Assembly (NCBI GenBank): GCA_963835065.1
Contig: CAWIEK010000049.1
Coordinates: forward strand, 608,001 to 672,000
Direction: 5' to 3'
DNA length: 64,000 nucleotides
Origin: an uncultured Chthonomonadaceae bacterium
GTDB lineage: Bacteria > Armatimonadota > Chthonomonadetes > Chthonomonadales > Chthonomonadaceae
Positions within the stretch are counted from its first letter, which is position 1; each line of letters opens with the position of its first letter. The position numbers and the translations under genes were made by a program. Positions 1 to 9,318 of this stretch are shown here, piece after piece. Under the pieces are notes generated by a model, which was not told where the DNA came from, searched no databases, and worked only from the letters and a program-made list of their open reading frames with translations.

Positions 1-481
1 TGAGCGGGTCTATCGGCACGACCCACGAGGGCTTGAGGTTCGCGCCCGTTGCCGGCAGGTTCGATTGGGTGACGTTGAGGAGGGATTGCACGTCTACAAG
101 GGCGCGCTGCATGTTCGTGCCGTATGGGAATTCCAGCGTGACGAGGGAAAAGCCGTTCTGCGAAGTAGAGCGCACGTAACGGATGCTCTTGACATTAACC
201 ATCTGCTGCTCGATAGGGTTGGAAACATACAGTTCCATCTCCTGCGCGGACAGGCCGGGCATCATCGTGACGACTCCGAGCATGGGACTTTCCACATAAG
301 GCGCGAACCGGCGCGGCATCGTTTGGCTGACGGTCAGCCACGCCAATCCCACCATCGCCACATAAAACGCGATAATGGCATACGGATGCTCGATGCTCCA
401 CTTGTGAATGGTATGCAGCGCGTTCAAACTCCGCCCCACGTGTGGCGTAGCCGACGCGCCGTTATCAGATTGCTGTTTCAT
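1..481 (-). CDS. RND efflux permease (AcrB/CusA family), N-terminal part, runs off window
   Basis: Manual translation from ATG at 481 (ATGA overlap with MFP stop): ...HKWSIEHPYAIIAFYVAMVGLAW...PGLSAQEMELYVSKPIEQ...STSQNGFSLVTLEF, a typical RND N-terminus; not in ORF track. Confidence 0.9.
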   Translation of the reverse strand, partial: MKQQSDNGASATPHVGRSLNALHTIHKWSIEHPYAIIAFYVAMVGLAWLTVSQTMPRRFAPYVESPMLGVVTMMPGLSAQEMELYVSNPIEQQMVNVKSIRYVRSTSQNGFSLVTLEFPYGTNMQRALVDVQSLLNVTQSNLPATGANLKPSWVVPIDPL

Positions 482-2484
482 CGCCCGCCTCCCGCCCGCC
501 TGGGAACGAGCGTCATGCCGCACTTGGGACAATTTCCGGGGTGATCCTGAACCACTTCGGGGTGCATCAGGCAGGTGTAGAGGATGCGGGATGAAGATGG
601 GGTTGCCGTTCCCGTAGTCGGCGTTCTGCCTGCTCCTTCTGTAGTCGGCATACTGCCTACCGCTCCCGTAGTCGGCGTTCTGCCCGAATTCCTTTGCGCC
701 GCTCCCATGCCTGTTCCCGCCATCCCGTTCATCGCTCCCGCCGTAACGGAACTGTTGGAAGCGACCTTTGTATTTACAGGCGCTACGGTGTCGCCGTTTT
801 GCAGGTAATCCTGTCCTGCAACAACCACCTTCTGCCCTGCCTGCAAACCCGCGAGGATTTCCACGCTTTTCTCATCGCTCAGTCCCACTTTTACCTCAAC
901 CTCTTGAACGGTGTACTGGCCTTCCTGCCCGCCGACAGGCTGCGCCACCCACACTGAAGGCGTGGTTTGTGTCGTGACCACGCCTTCAGAGGGAGAGGCA
1001 TGGTAGCGCAGGGCGCGCGTCGGAATGCGCAATGTATGCGCGTTCTGTCCTGTATTGATGTCCATCGTCACGTACTGCCCCGGCAGGAAGCGGCTGTCTT
1101 TGTTCGGTACAACGGCTTCCACAATGCCGGTTCGCGCCGTTGGGTCAACCGAGGGCGCGACAGACGTAATTTGCGCCGTAATCGGCTTGCTGCCTTCGTC
1201 CTGATTGCTGACCAGAACGGAACTGCCAACCCGCACTTTGGCTAAATCGGATTCGCTCACATTGGCCTGCAAGCGGATCGGCGTGATTTGCGCAATCCGC
1301 AGCAGGGTTTGCCCCGGATTGACCAGAACGCCGGGACTGACAATGCGCTGCGTGACTACGCCATCGGTTTGCGAGCGTATTTCGCTGTAGCCCTGCGCGG
1401 CGGATGCGCCTGCCAGCGTCGCTTTCGCCTGTTCCACGCCCGCCTGCGCCTGCGCGATTTTTTGATTGGCCGAGTCTGCCGCCGCCTGCGTGGAGCGCAC
1501 GTGCGCGTAATGCGAGTTCAGTTCCGATTGCGCCTGTTCCACTTTCGATTTTGCGGACGCGATCAGGGCTTCGGCTTTGCGAACGGCGGACTGCGCGGCG
1601 CGGATTTGCGCCTGTACCTGCGCGATACGCGCCTGCGCCTGCCGGACTTTCGCGTCCGCGTTTTCCGCCTGCGCTTTTTCGCGCTGATATTCTTCCTGCG
1701 TGACCGCGCCCGCTTTGAGCAGGGAGGCTTCCCGGCTGATCTCGTCCCGCCAGTATTGTTGGTCGGCCTGCGCCGCCTGAACCTGCGCGTTCGCATCCCC
1801 GCTCATGCTTTGCGCAGCATCGAGCTGCGCCTGCGCGTTCGCCCGCTCCTCCTGCGCTGCCGTCCAATCCGCGCGGGCGCTTTCCACGGCCCCGGTTTTC
1901 ATGCCCACTTCGGCATGGGCTTCGTTGATCGCGGCAAGCGCCTGCTGATACTCTTTTCGCGCCACCCCGACTCCCTGCGCCGCCATGTTCAGACTGGCGC
2001 GCTGATTGGCAACGAGGGGAGCCGACTGACTGGTATCCAATCGCGCCAGCAGTTGCCCGCGCCTTACTTTATCCCCCGCGTACAACGGCATCCAGAGCAG
2101 CGTGCCCGTAATGCGCGGCGTCACCTCCTGCTCCACAAAGCCCACCGCCTGCCCGGTGTAGCGCACAGTGCTTTCGATCTGCCCGCTTGTGACCGTCGCC
2201 AGTTCGACAGGCGCGGTTCCGGCGGGCGCGGGCAGGTTCATGTCCATACTCTGCGCTTCAAAAGGCGTCATGGCTCCCGGTCTGCGGAAGTGGCTGACCG
2301 CATACATCGCCCCCCACAGGATCAGGCCGAGCAGCGCCATCCCGCCAAGAACAGAGCGGTTCGCTACATTTCTCAAAGATAGACGTTGGTCTGTACGCCG
2401 CATCCGGTAGATGATGAACAGGAGAGCGGCTCCGGCTGCCAGCAAGGGCAAGAAAAATTCGATATTTCGATTCATGCTCGTCAT
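478..2484 (-). CDS. RND periplasmic adaptor (MFP) with C-terminal heavy-metal-binding domain
   Basis: Lipoyl halves (GDKVRRGQLLA, GVVTQRIVSPG), long coiled coil, C-terminal YTCLMHPEV...CPKCGM. Confidence 0.92.
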   Translation of the reverse strand: MTSMNRNIEFFLPLLAAGAALLFIIYRMRRTDQRLSLRNVANRSVLGGMALLGLILWGAMYAVSHFRRPGAMTPFEAQSMDMNLPAPAGTAPVELATVTSGQIESTVRYTGQAVGFVEQEVTPRITGTLLWMPLYAGDKVRRGQLLARLDTSQSAPLVANQRASLNMAAQGVGVARKEYQQALAAINEAHAEVGMKTGAVESARADWTAAQEERANAQAQLDAAQSMSGDANAQVQAAQADQQYWRDEISREASLLKAGAVTQEEYQREKAQAENADAKVRQAQARIAQVQAQIRAAQSAVRKAEALIASAKSKVEQAQSELNSHYAHVRSTQAAADSANQKIAQAQAGVEQAKATLAGASAAQGYSEIRSQTDGVVTQRIVSPGVLVNPGQTLLRIAQITPIRLQANVSESDLAKVRVGSSVLVSNQDEGSKPITAQITSVAPSVDPTARTGIVEAVVPNKDSRFLPGQYVTMDINTGQNAHTLRIPTRALRYHASPSEGVVTTQTTPSVWVAQPVGGQEGQYTVQEVEVKVGLSDEKSVEILAGLQAGQKVVVAGQDYLQNGDTVAPVNTKVASNSSVTAGAMNGMAGTGMGAAQRNSGRTPTTGAVGSMPTTEGAGRTPTTGTATPSSSRILYTCLMHPEVVQDHPGNCPKCGMTLVPRRAGGGR

Positions 2485-3833
2485 GGCCTCCCGACCGCGC
2501 GCTGCAACCGGACGAGCGCAATGGAATGGTCATATAGCGCCTGCGCCACATTGCCGCGCGCCTGCGTCAAGGAAGCGAGGGCGTCCAATTGCTCGACAAG
2601 TAAGCCTTTCTGGTTTTGAACGCGCAGCGCGGTCACGTCATACGCGGATTGCGCGGACTGCAACGCGGACTGCGCCGCGCGATAGTTTTCCGCCGCCGTT
2701 TGCGCGTCCAGCCATGCCTCCTGCACTTCGACGGCAACCCGCAATTCCATGTCGCGGGCTTCCGCGTCGGCGCGTTCCTGCCGCGCCCGCGCCTGCGCGG
2801 TTTCAGCGCGGCGCTGTCCTCCGTCAACAAGGGGGATGCTGAGAACAATGCCAACCGTGTAGCCTTCCCGCGTTCCCTGCGGATGGGACGTGAAGCCGTC
2901 CGCCATTGCCATGCCATACACCTGCGGTCCCTGCGAACCCCGAACCGAGCGGGTCTGCGCTTCGGCTGCCGTTGTTCGCGCTCTGGCGGCTTGCAGTTCC
3001 GGGCGCGTTTTGGCGGCGTCTGCTAATTGCGCGTTCAGGTCGCCTACAGGGGGAGTAAACACAAGCGCGTCGCTGAGAGCAATATCGGAAGCAAGGCGAA
3101 CGCCCATCGCGGCTTTGAGATCAAGCAGCGCTTTGGCCTGCGTGTTCCGAGCCGTCGTGAGCAGGCGCTGCGCGTCGGCCTGTTCCGCTTCCACGCGGCG
3201 TACCGAGGATTCCAGTCCCTTGCCTGCCGCAAAAAGCGCCTGCGTCGTTTTCACTAATTCCGCGTCCGCGTCTATCCTTGCTTGCGCCGTTTTCACGGTT
3301 TCGGCTGCCAGCAGCGCGCGGTAATAAGCGTCTTTGATTCGTAAAGAAATATCCGCTTGAACGCTTCCCGCATCGAAAGTGACGGCGCTTTCACGCTGCA
3401 AAGCCGCCCGTACCCCGTTTTCCAGTCGCCCGCTTGTAAAAATCGGAACCATGAGCATAAAGTTCTGGTCGGCGAAGCCCTGCGAGGGAACGTTCAGGTA
3501 GTTCGCGGGCATCACGTTCCCCGCTGTGTACAGGATATTGCTGGAATCTCCCGCCGACAGGTAAGTGTTTGCCGAAACTTGTGGGCGCGTCTGACTGCGC
3601 GCGCCCTGCGTTTCCGCTGCCGCCGCGCTGATGTCTGCCCGCGCCACCCGCGCCATCAGGTTTTCGCGCAACCCGGTTTGCACCGCCTGAGCCAGCGTCA
3701 ACGCCCCCTTAATTTCGGGCCTGTCCGCGCCCAATGTCTGCGCTTCGACCGGAAAGGGAACAAGCAGGCAAAGTGCCCAACAAGCCGCCGCTATTTTCCG
3801 TTGAAATTTGTTTCTATATCGCATTATGTACAC
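2481..3833 (-). CDS. TolC-family outer-membrane efflux protein
   Basis: Signal peptide, LTLAQAVQTGL, PIFTSG and IPLVDGG motifs; 4-nt overlap with MFP. Confidence 0.9.
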   Translation of the reverse strand: MYIMRYRNKFQRKIAAACWALCLLVPFPVEAQTLGADRPEIKGALTLAQAVQTGLRENLMARVARADISAAAAETQGARSQTRPQVSANTYLSAGDSSNILYTAGNVMPANYLNVPSQGFADQNFMLMVPIFTSGRLENGVRAALQRESAVTFDAGSVQADISLRIKDAYYRALLAAETVKTAQARIDADAELVKTTQALFAAGKGLESSVRRVEAEQADAQRLLTTARNTQAKALLDLKAAMGVRLASDIALSDALVFTPPVGDLNAQLADAAKTRPELQAARARTTAAEAQTRSVRGSQGPQVYGMAMADGFTSHPQGTREGYTVGIVLSIPLVDGGQRRAETAQARARQERADAEARDMELRVAVEVQEAWLDAQTAAENYRAAQSALQSAQSAYDVTALRVQNQKGLLVEQLDALASLTQARGNVAQALYDHSIALVRLQRAVGRP

Positions 3834-3861
3834 TGCCTCTTTGGGGCGTTGTGTGCCGCGT

Positions 3862-3993
3862 GGGGTAGCCGGGGATTAAAAATCCCCGGCAGGACAAAAC
3901 AAGCGTCCTTCGGACGCAACCCTATACAAAGATTCCCGCGTCCGCAGGACGCTCGTACTTTCCTGCCGGGGATTTTTAATCCCCGGCTACCCC
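3862..3993. repeat. Inverted REP doublet (REPIN-like)
   Basis: 33-bp perfect terminal inverted repeat GGGGTAGCCGGGGATTAAAAATCCCCGGCAGGA; each arm is itself a GTAG-led palindrome. Confidence 0.8.
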
Positions 3994-4137
3994 ATAATTA
4001 CGGCAATAAGGACAGTCGCCAGAAAATCATGAGACAGAATCACACTATTTAGTTATTGTCAGGGATGGCGTACAGATGTGCCGGAGTGGACAGACGTGGG
4101 CAAAGGCCAATCGTCTGTGCCTTACGCGGCAGGAGCG

Positions 4138-4620
4138 TCAGACGGAAAAGGGTGGAGCGCGACCGGAGGCAGGCCGCAGAAAGCGTTGCGGATAAAAGGG
4201 AAAGCGAGTCGGGAAGGAAACCGGAGTTGTGGTTTCCGGGAGAACGAACGTGAACCGCGCGGCAGGAGGCGGCAACGCCAGCAACGGCATATAAAACTCG
4301 ACCCCATGCTGCAGGGTAGAGGCAGGCTGTTCCGCAACGCGCGCAACGCACTTAGAGGACGCGCAGGACTTATGCCCACCGCATCTCGAAGTGGTTACGG
4401 CTGCGGTTGCACGAGGGGCACACAGGGAGCAACGCATCCCGGAGGAAGCCGCACTCGAAGCCATGCGAGAACTTGAACTCCGAAGCATGGGGCAATTGGC
4501 AGGGCATGGCGTACCATCCAGGCATTGCCAGGACGCGCCGGACGGCAACGCCAAAACAATCAGCGCCAACGCCAGCAGCCAGCCTATCCATCTTCGGTTG
4601 TTCACATTTCGCAAAGCCAT
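4138..4620 (-). CDS. Cys-rich exported leader protein with C-terminal RAPP motif (DUF2946/CzcI-like)
   Basis: N-terminal hydrophobic helix, CPANC, CSLC and further Cys, ends ...GRAPPFSV; first gene upstream of tolC. Confidence 0.7.
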   Translation of the reverse strand: MALRNVNNRRWIGWLLALALIVLALPSGASWQCLDGTPCPANCPMLRSSSSRMASSAASSGMRCSLCAPRATAAVTTSRCGGHKSCASSKCVARVAEQPASTLQHGVEFYMPLLALPPPAARFTFVLPETTTPVSFPTRFPFYPQRFLRPASGRAPPFSV

Positions 4621-4736
4621 CGTGCTTATCATACTGTCATGGGCAGGCAAAAGGTTCCCGCCAAAAGTTGGCTGTGTCAAACGCCCAACGCAAATTTTTC
4701 CAAGCCAGTCTATTCGACTACACGAAATTATAAATA

Positions 4737-4788
4737 AAATAACAATTTGTACGGGCGCAATTTATTGCGCCCGTACAAATTGTTATTT
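4737..4788. terminator. Perfect 25-bp-arm hairpin, probable terminator or REP
   Basis: AAATAACAATTTGTACGGGCGCAAT-TT-ATTGCGCCCGTACAAATTGTTATTT just downstream of the stop at 4803. Confidence 0.6.
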
Positions 4789-4802
4789 GAACGGTATTGG
4801 AT

Positions 4803-5594
4803 CTAACGCAGTTCGTGGGGAGGCGTCGGCGGTGACGGCGGCGTGGGTGGCGCAGGCGGGGCCGGCGGCGTTTCCGAACTGCTTGCGAAACTGTCTCCCC
4901 ACGACACAGTAAAACCGCTTGTGGAAGTGGCTTCCTGTTTGGGCGCGTTGTCCGGGGCGGGCTGCGCGCTGAACCAGCCGGGCAGTTGTTCGCGCACCAG
5001 TTGGCTGAATTCGGCCTTGTCCATGTGCGGGGCGAGCGCGACAAGCAGGCTGGGATCGCTGACTTTGTGCTGCGCAAGGGCGGCGCGTACCAGTTGCCCG
5101 ACCGTTTCCTTATCCACATGCGGCGCAAGCCCGATGATGGTCTGCAAATCCGGGCCATGCGGCGGTGGCGGCGGGGTTGGCGCGGACGTTGTTGTAACCG
5201 TCACTCCCAATCGTTCGCGCACCAGTTTGGACAGTTCCGAAGAACCGAGAAACGGAGCCAGCGCAATCAGCGGGCCAAGCCCCTCCTTGTGTTCGCGTTT
5301 TGCGTTTTCCACCGGCGTTTCCTCCACAATGTCGCTGATGTAATCGGCCAGCAGCGTGGATTCTGCGCCCAGTTGACCGAAATTCGTTTCGTCTTCATCC
5401 AATTCGGAAAACAATTCTTCCGGCAGAATGTCTTCTTCTTCCAGATGCTCCACGATGGCGTTATACCGCTTCACATAGTTGCGGACGCCGCTCTCGAAGC
5501 TGCCGGTTTGTTCCGCGTGTTCGGCGGTTTCGGCCATTTTCAGCAGCAGGTTGCGAATCCGGCGGATTTCCTGTTTCGGATTGCGGTCGGGCAT
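4803..5594 (-). CDS. Hypothetical soluble protein with three LAP[FH] helical repeats
   Basis: GGAGG RBS before MPDRNPK; repeats ALAPFLGSSELSKLVRE / GLAPHVDKETVGQLVRA / ALAPHMDKAEFSQLVRE. Confidence 0.75.
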   Translation of the reverse strand: MPDRNPKQEIRRIRNLLLKMAETAEHAEQTGSFESGVRNYVKRYNAIVEHLEEEDILPEELFSELDEDETNFGQLGAESTLLADYISDIVEETPVENAKREHKEGLGPLIALAPFLGSSELSKLVRERLGVTVTTTSAPTPPPPPHGPDLQTIIGLAPHVDKETVGQLVRAALAQHKVSDPSLLVALAPHMDKAEFSQLVREQLPGWFSAQPAPDNAPKQEATSTSGFTVSWGDSFASSSETPPAPPAPPTPPSPPTPPHELR

Positions 5595-6207
5595 GAGTTG
5601 GTTCCTCCAAAAGTTCGGCAAGGCGGGGCGACAGGCGCTTGCGCCCATCGTGCAGCCGCCATTTGACAGTGGTGAGAGGAAGGGCCAGAAAGTCGGCGAT
5701 GCGCGTCGTAGGCCACTGCTCGTAATAAAACAAGCGCAGGACGATCTGAATATCCGGCGGCAGGTCGGACAGCATAGCGCGAATAGCCGCTTCGCGCTCC
5801 GTTTCCAAAACCTGCTCCAAAAGTCCGTTTGCCGCTTGCGGGTCTTCCCGCAGCGTCAATTGTTCCAGCGCTGCATCGTCCGTGGGCATATAACGGGCGG
5901 CGCGGGTTCCGAAGCGGCGGGCATGATTGCGGGTAATGGCGTACAGCCAGCCTGCGAACTTTCCCGGCTCCTGCAAGCGGGGCAGGGCGCGAAATGCCAG
6001 CAGAAACGCTTCCTGCGCAATGTCGTGGGCGCTTTCCCGACAGTTCACGATTTGCAGCGCCACCAATACAACCGCGCTCCGAAACCGGAGTACCAGTTCG
6101 TCACACGCTTCCAGACTGCCCATTTGCGCAATGCCCACCACTTCCGCATCGCTGAGATATTGTAATCGCCGCGCCATCGCCATGCTTCCGGCTCCTTCCA
6201 ACGACAA
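5461..6207 (-). CDS. ECF RNA polymerase sigma factor
   Basis: Region 2 (AHDIAQEAFL, FAGWLYAITRN) and region 4 (IADFLALPLTTVKWRLHDGRKRL); start uncertain. Confidence 0.9.
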   Translation of the reverse strand: MSLEGAGSMAMARRLQYLSDAEVVGIAQMGSLEACDELVLRFRSAVVLVALQIVNCRESAHDIAQEAFLLAFRALPRLQEPGKFAGWLYAITRNHARRFGTRAARYMPTDDAALEQLTLREDPQAANGLLEQVLETEREAAIRAMLSDLPPDIQIVLRLFYYEQWPTTRIADFLALPLTTVKWRLHDGRKRLSPRLAELLEEPTHARPQSETGNPPDSQPAAENGRNRRTRGTNRQLRERRPQLCEAV

Positions 6208-6240
6208 GAGACAGCCAAAAGCCGAAAGGATAGTAACACA

Positions 6241-6353
6241 AAGGATGAAGGATGAAGGATGAAGGATGAAAAACTATTTTTGTTTGACAAGCTTTACCGG
6301 CTGAAAGGATTTTAGGAAGGGAGCATTGTCTTCATCCTTCATCCTTCATCCTT
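6241..6353. repeat. Inverted heptamer arrays (AAGGATG)x4 / (TTCATCC)x3, 60-nt loop
   Basis: Read directly; right arm supplies the nadB stop. Confidence 0.9.
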
Positions 6354-7966
6354 CTCAGGAGCGTGTCATGCCGCTCACTTGGCAGGGTTTCGGGATAATC
6401 GAGGGTGAAGTGGAGGCCGCGACTTTCGTGGCGGCGCAGGGCGGATTCGATAATTAATGCGCCGACTTGCGCGATGTTGCGGGTTTCCCAATAATCGGGC
6501 GTGGGCAGGGGCGTGGAGCCTAATGCCGTCAGACATTCGCGCAGAGTATGCTGCGCCAGCGTCAGTTCGGCGGTTGTCCGCATGATGCCGACATCCTGCT
6601 GCATGGTTTTCTGAACGCGCTGGCGGATAGTGGGCAGGGTGTTGGGTGTTGGGTGTTGGGTGTCGGGTGTCGGGGAGGAGAAAGCCGCGTTCGTGGATGT
6701 GGCGCTATCAGGGTACAGTTGGAGTGTGTTGGCGGCATACGTTGGGGTTGGCGCTTCCGCATGGTGCAGGGCGTGGTTGGCGGCGCGATAGCCGTATACC
6801 ATTGCTTCGAGCAGGGAATTGGAAGCGAGCCGGTTTGCGCCGTGTACGCCCGTGCAGGCCACTTCGCCCGCCGCGTACAAGCGCCCGATGTTGGTTGCGC
6901 CGTTCAGATCGGTGACGACGCCGCCGCACTGGTAATGCTGCGCGGGCACGATGGGAATTGGGTCGCGGGTAATATCAATGCCGACGCTCAGGCATTTTTC
7001 GTACACGGTCGGAAAATGGGAGCGGAGCATGACGGGGTCTAAATACGTGACGTTGAGATACACGCATGGCACATTGCGGCGTTTCAGTTCCGTCACGATG
7101 GCGCGGGCAACAATATCACGGGGGGCGAGTTCGCGCAGTTTGTGGTAGCGTTCCATAAACTGCTCGCCGTCGCCGTGCTGCAAAATGCCGCCCTCGCCGC
7201 GCAGGGCTTCCGTAATCAAAAAGGCGCGGGCGTCGGGATGATACAGCGTAGTGGGGTGAAACTGAATGAATTCCATGTTGCCGACAACCGCCCCGCTCCG
7301 CCAGGCCATTGCCACGCCGTCGCCCGTCGCCACAAGCGGGTTGGTCGTATGCTGATACACATGCCCACAGCCGCCCGTTGCCAGCAGGGTGGCGCGGGCG
7401 CGGAACGTAGTCTGCTCGCCCGTTTCACCGTTCAGGGCATGCGCGCCCGTACAAAGCCGTCCGTTCGGGCCGTCCTCAACGGCTAAGTCGGTGACAAAAT
7501 AGTGTTCCAGCACCTCGATTTCGGGGCAGCGCTTGACGGCTTCCAGCAGGGTGCGCTCACACTCCCAGCCCGTGTAATCGGCGGTATGCACGATGCGGTT
7601 GCGGGAATGGCCGCCTTCGCGCCCAAGCGAAAGCACTTCCTGCCCCGCTTCATCGGTTTCCATGTTGAACTGCGCGCCCATATCCATCAGTTCGCGGATT
7701 CGTTCCGGGCCTTCGCGCACCAGTATCTCTACCGCGTCCTCATGGCACAAGCCCGCGCCTGCGATCAGCGTATCCTGCACGTGCAGTTCAAAACTGTCAT
7801 CGTCGGCAAGTACGCCCGCAATGCCGCCCTGCGCCCAACTGCTGTTGGCGTCCGCCCGCGTTTTCTTCGTCAGCAGCGCAACGCGGCTGTTGGAAGCCAC
7901 ATTCAGCGCAAACGTCAGCCCTGCCAATCCACTCCCGATCACCAGATAGTCCACTTCGACGATCAT
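6332..7966 (-). CDS. nadB: L-aspartate oxidase
   Basis: GSGLAG FAD motif, SSWAQGGIA, EGGHS, EFIQFHPT, TGVHGANRLASNSLLE, ESRGLH. Confidence 0.96.
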   Translation of the reverse strand: MIVEVDYLVIGSGLAGLTFALNVASNSRVALLTKKTRADANSSWAQGGIAGVLADDDSFELHVQDTLIAGAGLCHEDAVEILVREGPERIRELMDMGAQFNMETDEAGQEVLSLGREGGHSRNRIVHTADYTGWECERTLLEAVKRCPEIEVLEHYFVTDLAVEDGPNGRLCTGAHALNGETGEQTTFRARATLLATGGCGHVYQHTTNPLVATGDGVAMAWRSGAVVGNMEFIQFHPTTLYHPDARAFLITEALRGEGGILQHGDGEQFMERYHKLRELAPRDIVARAIVTELKRRNVPCVYLNVTYLDPVMLRSHFPTVYEKCLSVGIDITRDPIPIVPAQHYQCGGVVTDLNGATNIGRLYAAGEVACTGVHGANRLASNSLLEAMVYGYRAANHALHHAEAPTPTYAANTLQLYPDSATSTNAAFSSPTPDTQHPTPNTLPTIRQRVQKTMQQDVGIMRTTAELTLAQHTLRECLTALGSTPLPTPDYWETRNIAQVGALIIESALRRHESRGLHFTLDYPETLPSERHDTLLRRMKDEG

Positions 7967-8013
7967 AACCGCTCGTATCCTTCCACAAACGCGCCTTTAT
8001 CCAGGGCGCGTTC

Positions 8014-9222
8014 TTAATCCCGATTGCGCTTGTTGGGGCCGAGGATGGTGAGGGAAAGTTCGGCGCGATTGCGGCTTACGGCCAGCAGGGGATTATAGAT
8101 ATAGGGCTTTTGCGGGTTCCACAGACCCGCGTCCTCAATGCCTTTTTCCACATCGGGGCGACGACCCGGTTTCAGTTCGCTGGCGGCATACGCCAGAATC
8201 GTGATTTTATGATCGTCGCGGGGCGCTTTTTTGTCAATCGCGAACTCGGCCTCATAGCGCCCGTTGCCACGCGGCAGCAATTCCCACTTTTGCCCTGTCC
8301 GGTTGTTGCGCGCGACCACGATGACATGCGCGGACGGTTCGGGTGGCGACAGCAGGGTTGCCATGATGCGGACGGTATCGCCAGGCTGCGCCAAACTCGG
8401 CTCCATGCGGGCGGACGTGAAGTTGAGGTACGTGGTCTGGAACGCGGACGGCTTATCGGAGTCGGCAGTTGTCAATTGTACAGGGTCCAGCCACGCGGCA
8501 AGCGTTTGCGTCTGCCGGCCCTTCGCCTTGAACGTTTCCTTTTGCACCCAGTACACGCGGGTCACGCCGACCAGATCGTTACGCGAGGGCGCAATCACCT
8601 TGATAAACAATGCGCCGGGCATTTTACGCGCTTCCAGATCGGCGGGACGCCGGGGTTTGGGGCTGACGGCAAACAACGCCTGATCCACAACCGCGCCGCC
8701 AACCGCAATGCCGCCTTTTGTCAGGGGATTGCCGAAGGTTGCGGCCTCGCTGGACGTGACGGCTTTCAGCCCGGAACGGATGGGATTGGCGACAAACCCG
8801 ACCGTATTGCCGACAAAGCGCGTCACGCCTCCGAACACTTCCGCGAAAAATCCGGGCGAATGGCGTTCCTGCAAGTGCAGGGCGTTTTTCGGCACGGCAA
8901 GCGCGTAATCGCCGTTGTCGTCCGTGCGCGCGTAATCCACGACCTTGTTGTTGTCATCGTACACGGCAACCAAGGCGTTGGACATAGGACGGTTACTCGC
9001 GTCCAAAATGCGTCCCGTCGCCCATACCGGTTGTTCCGCGCAGGCAGAGCGCGGCGCGGCAAGCAGTACGCTGCCCCACATCACCGGAGCAAGCAACAAA
9101 CCTATATGCTCAAGCCTGCGGTTGGCAGGCCGAGCGAGGAAGCGAGGTTTTGCATAAAGTGAAAATGGCATCGCTCTTAACCCATGAGAAAATATCAACC
9201 GTTGACAGTAGCGCAGGCGCAA
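8014..9222 (-). CDS. Secreted hypothetical protein with carboxypeptidase-regulatory-like domain
   Basis: TGRILDASNRPMSNALV...TDDNGDYAL pattern; start uncertain. Confidence 0.7.
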   Translation of the reverse strand: MRLRYCQRLIFSHGLRAMPFSLYAKPRFLARPANRRLEHIGLLLAPVMWGSVLLAAPRSACAEQPVWATGRILDASNRPMSNALVAVYDDNNKVVDYARTDDNGDYALAVPKNALHLQERHSPGFFAEVFGGVTRFVGNTVGFVANPIRSGLKAVTSSEAATFGNPLTKGGIAVGGAVVDQALFAVSPKPRRPADLEARKMPGALFIKVIAPSRNDLVGVTRVYWVQKETFKAKGRQTQTLAAWLDPVQLTTADSDKPSAFQTTYLNFTSARMEPSLAQPGDTVRIMATLLSPPEPSAHVIVVARNNRTGQKWELLPRGNGRYEAEFAIDKKAPRDDHKITILAYAASELKPGRRPDVEKGIEDAGLWNPQKPYIYNPLLAVSRNRAELSLTILGPNKRNRD

Positions 9223-9318
9223 ACCGCAGCGTTAAAGCGGCCTCCTTTAATATACGCAACAGCGTATCCATTCGCCTGCATCCTCCCCAACACCCAACAC
9301 CGAATACCGAACACCTAA

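Noticed and set aside
5461..5594. Functional C-terminal extension on the ECF sigma
   Set aside because: Overlaps the next gene by 134 nt; more likely read-through from a lost stop or a sequence error
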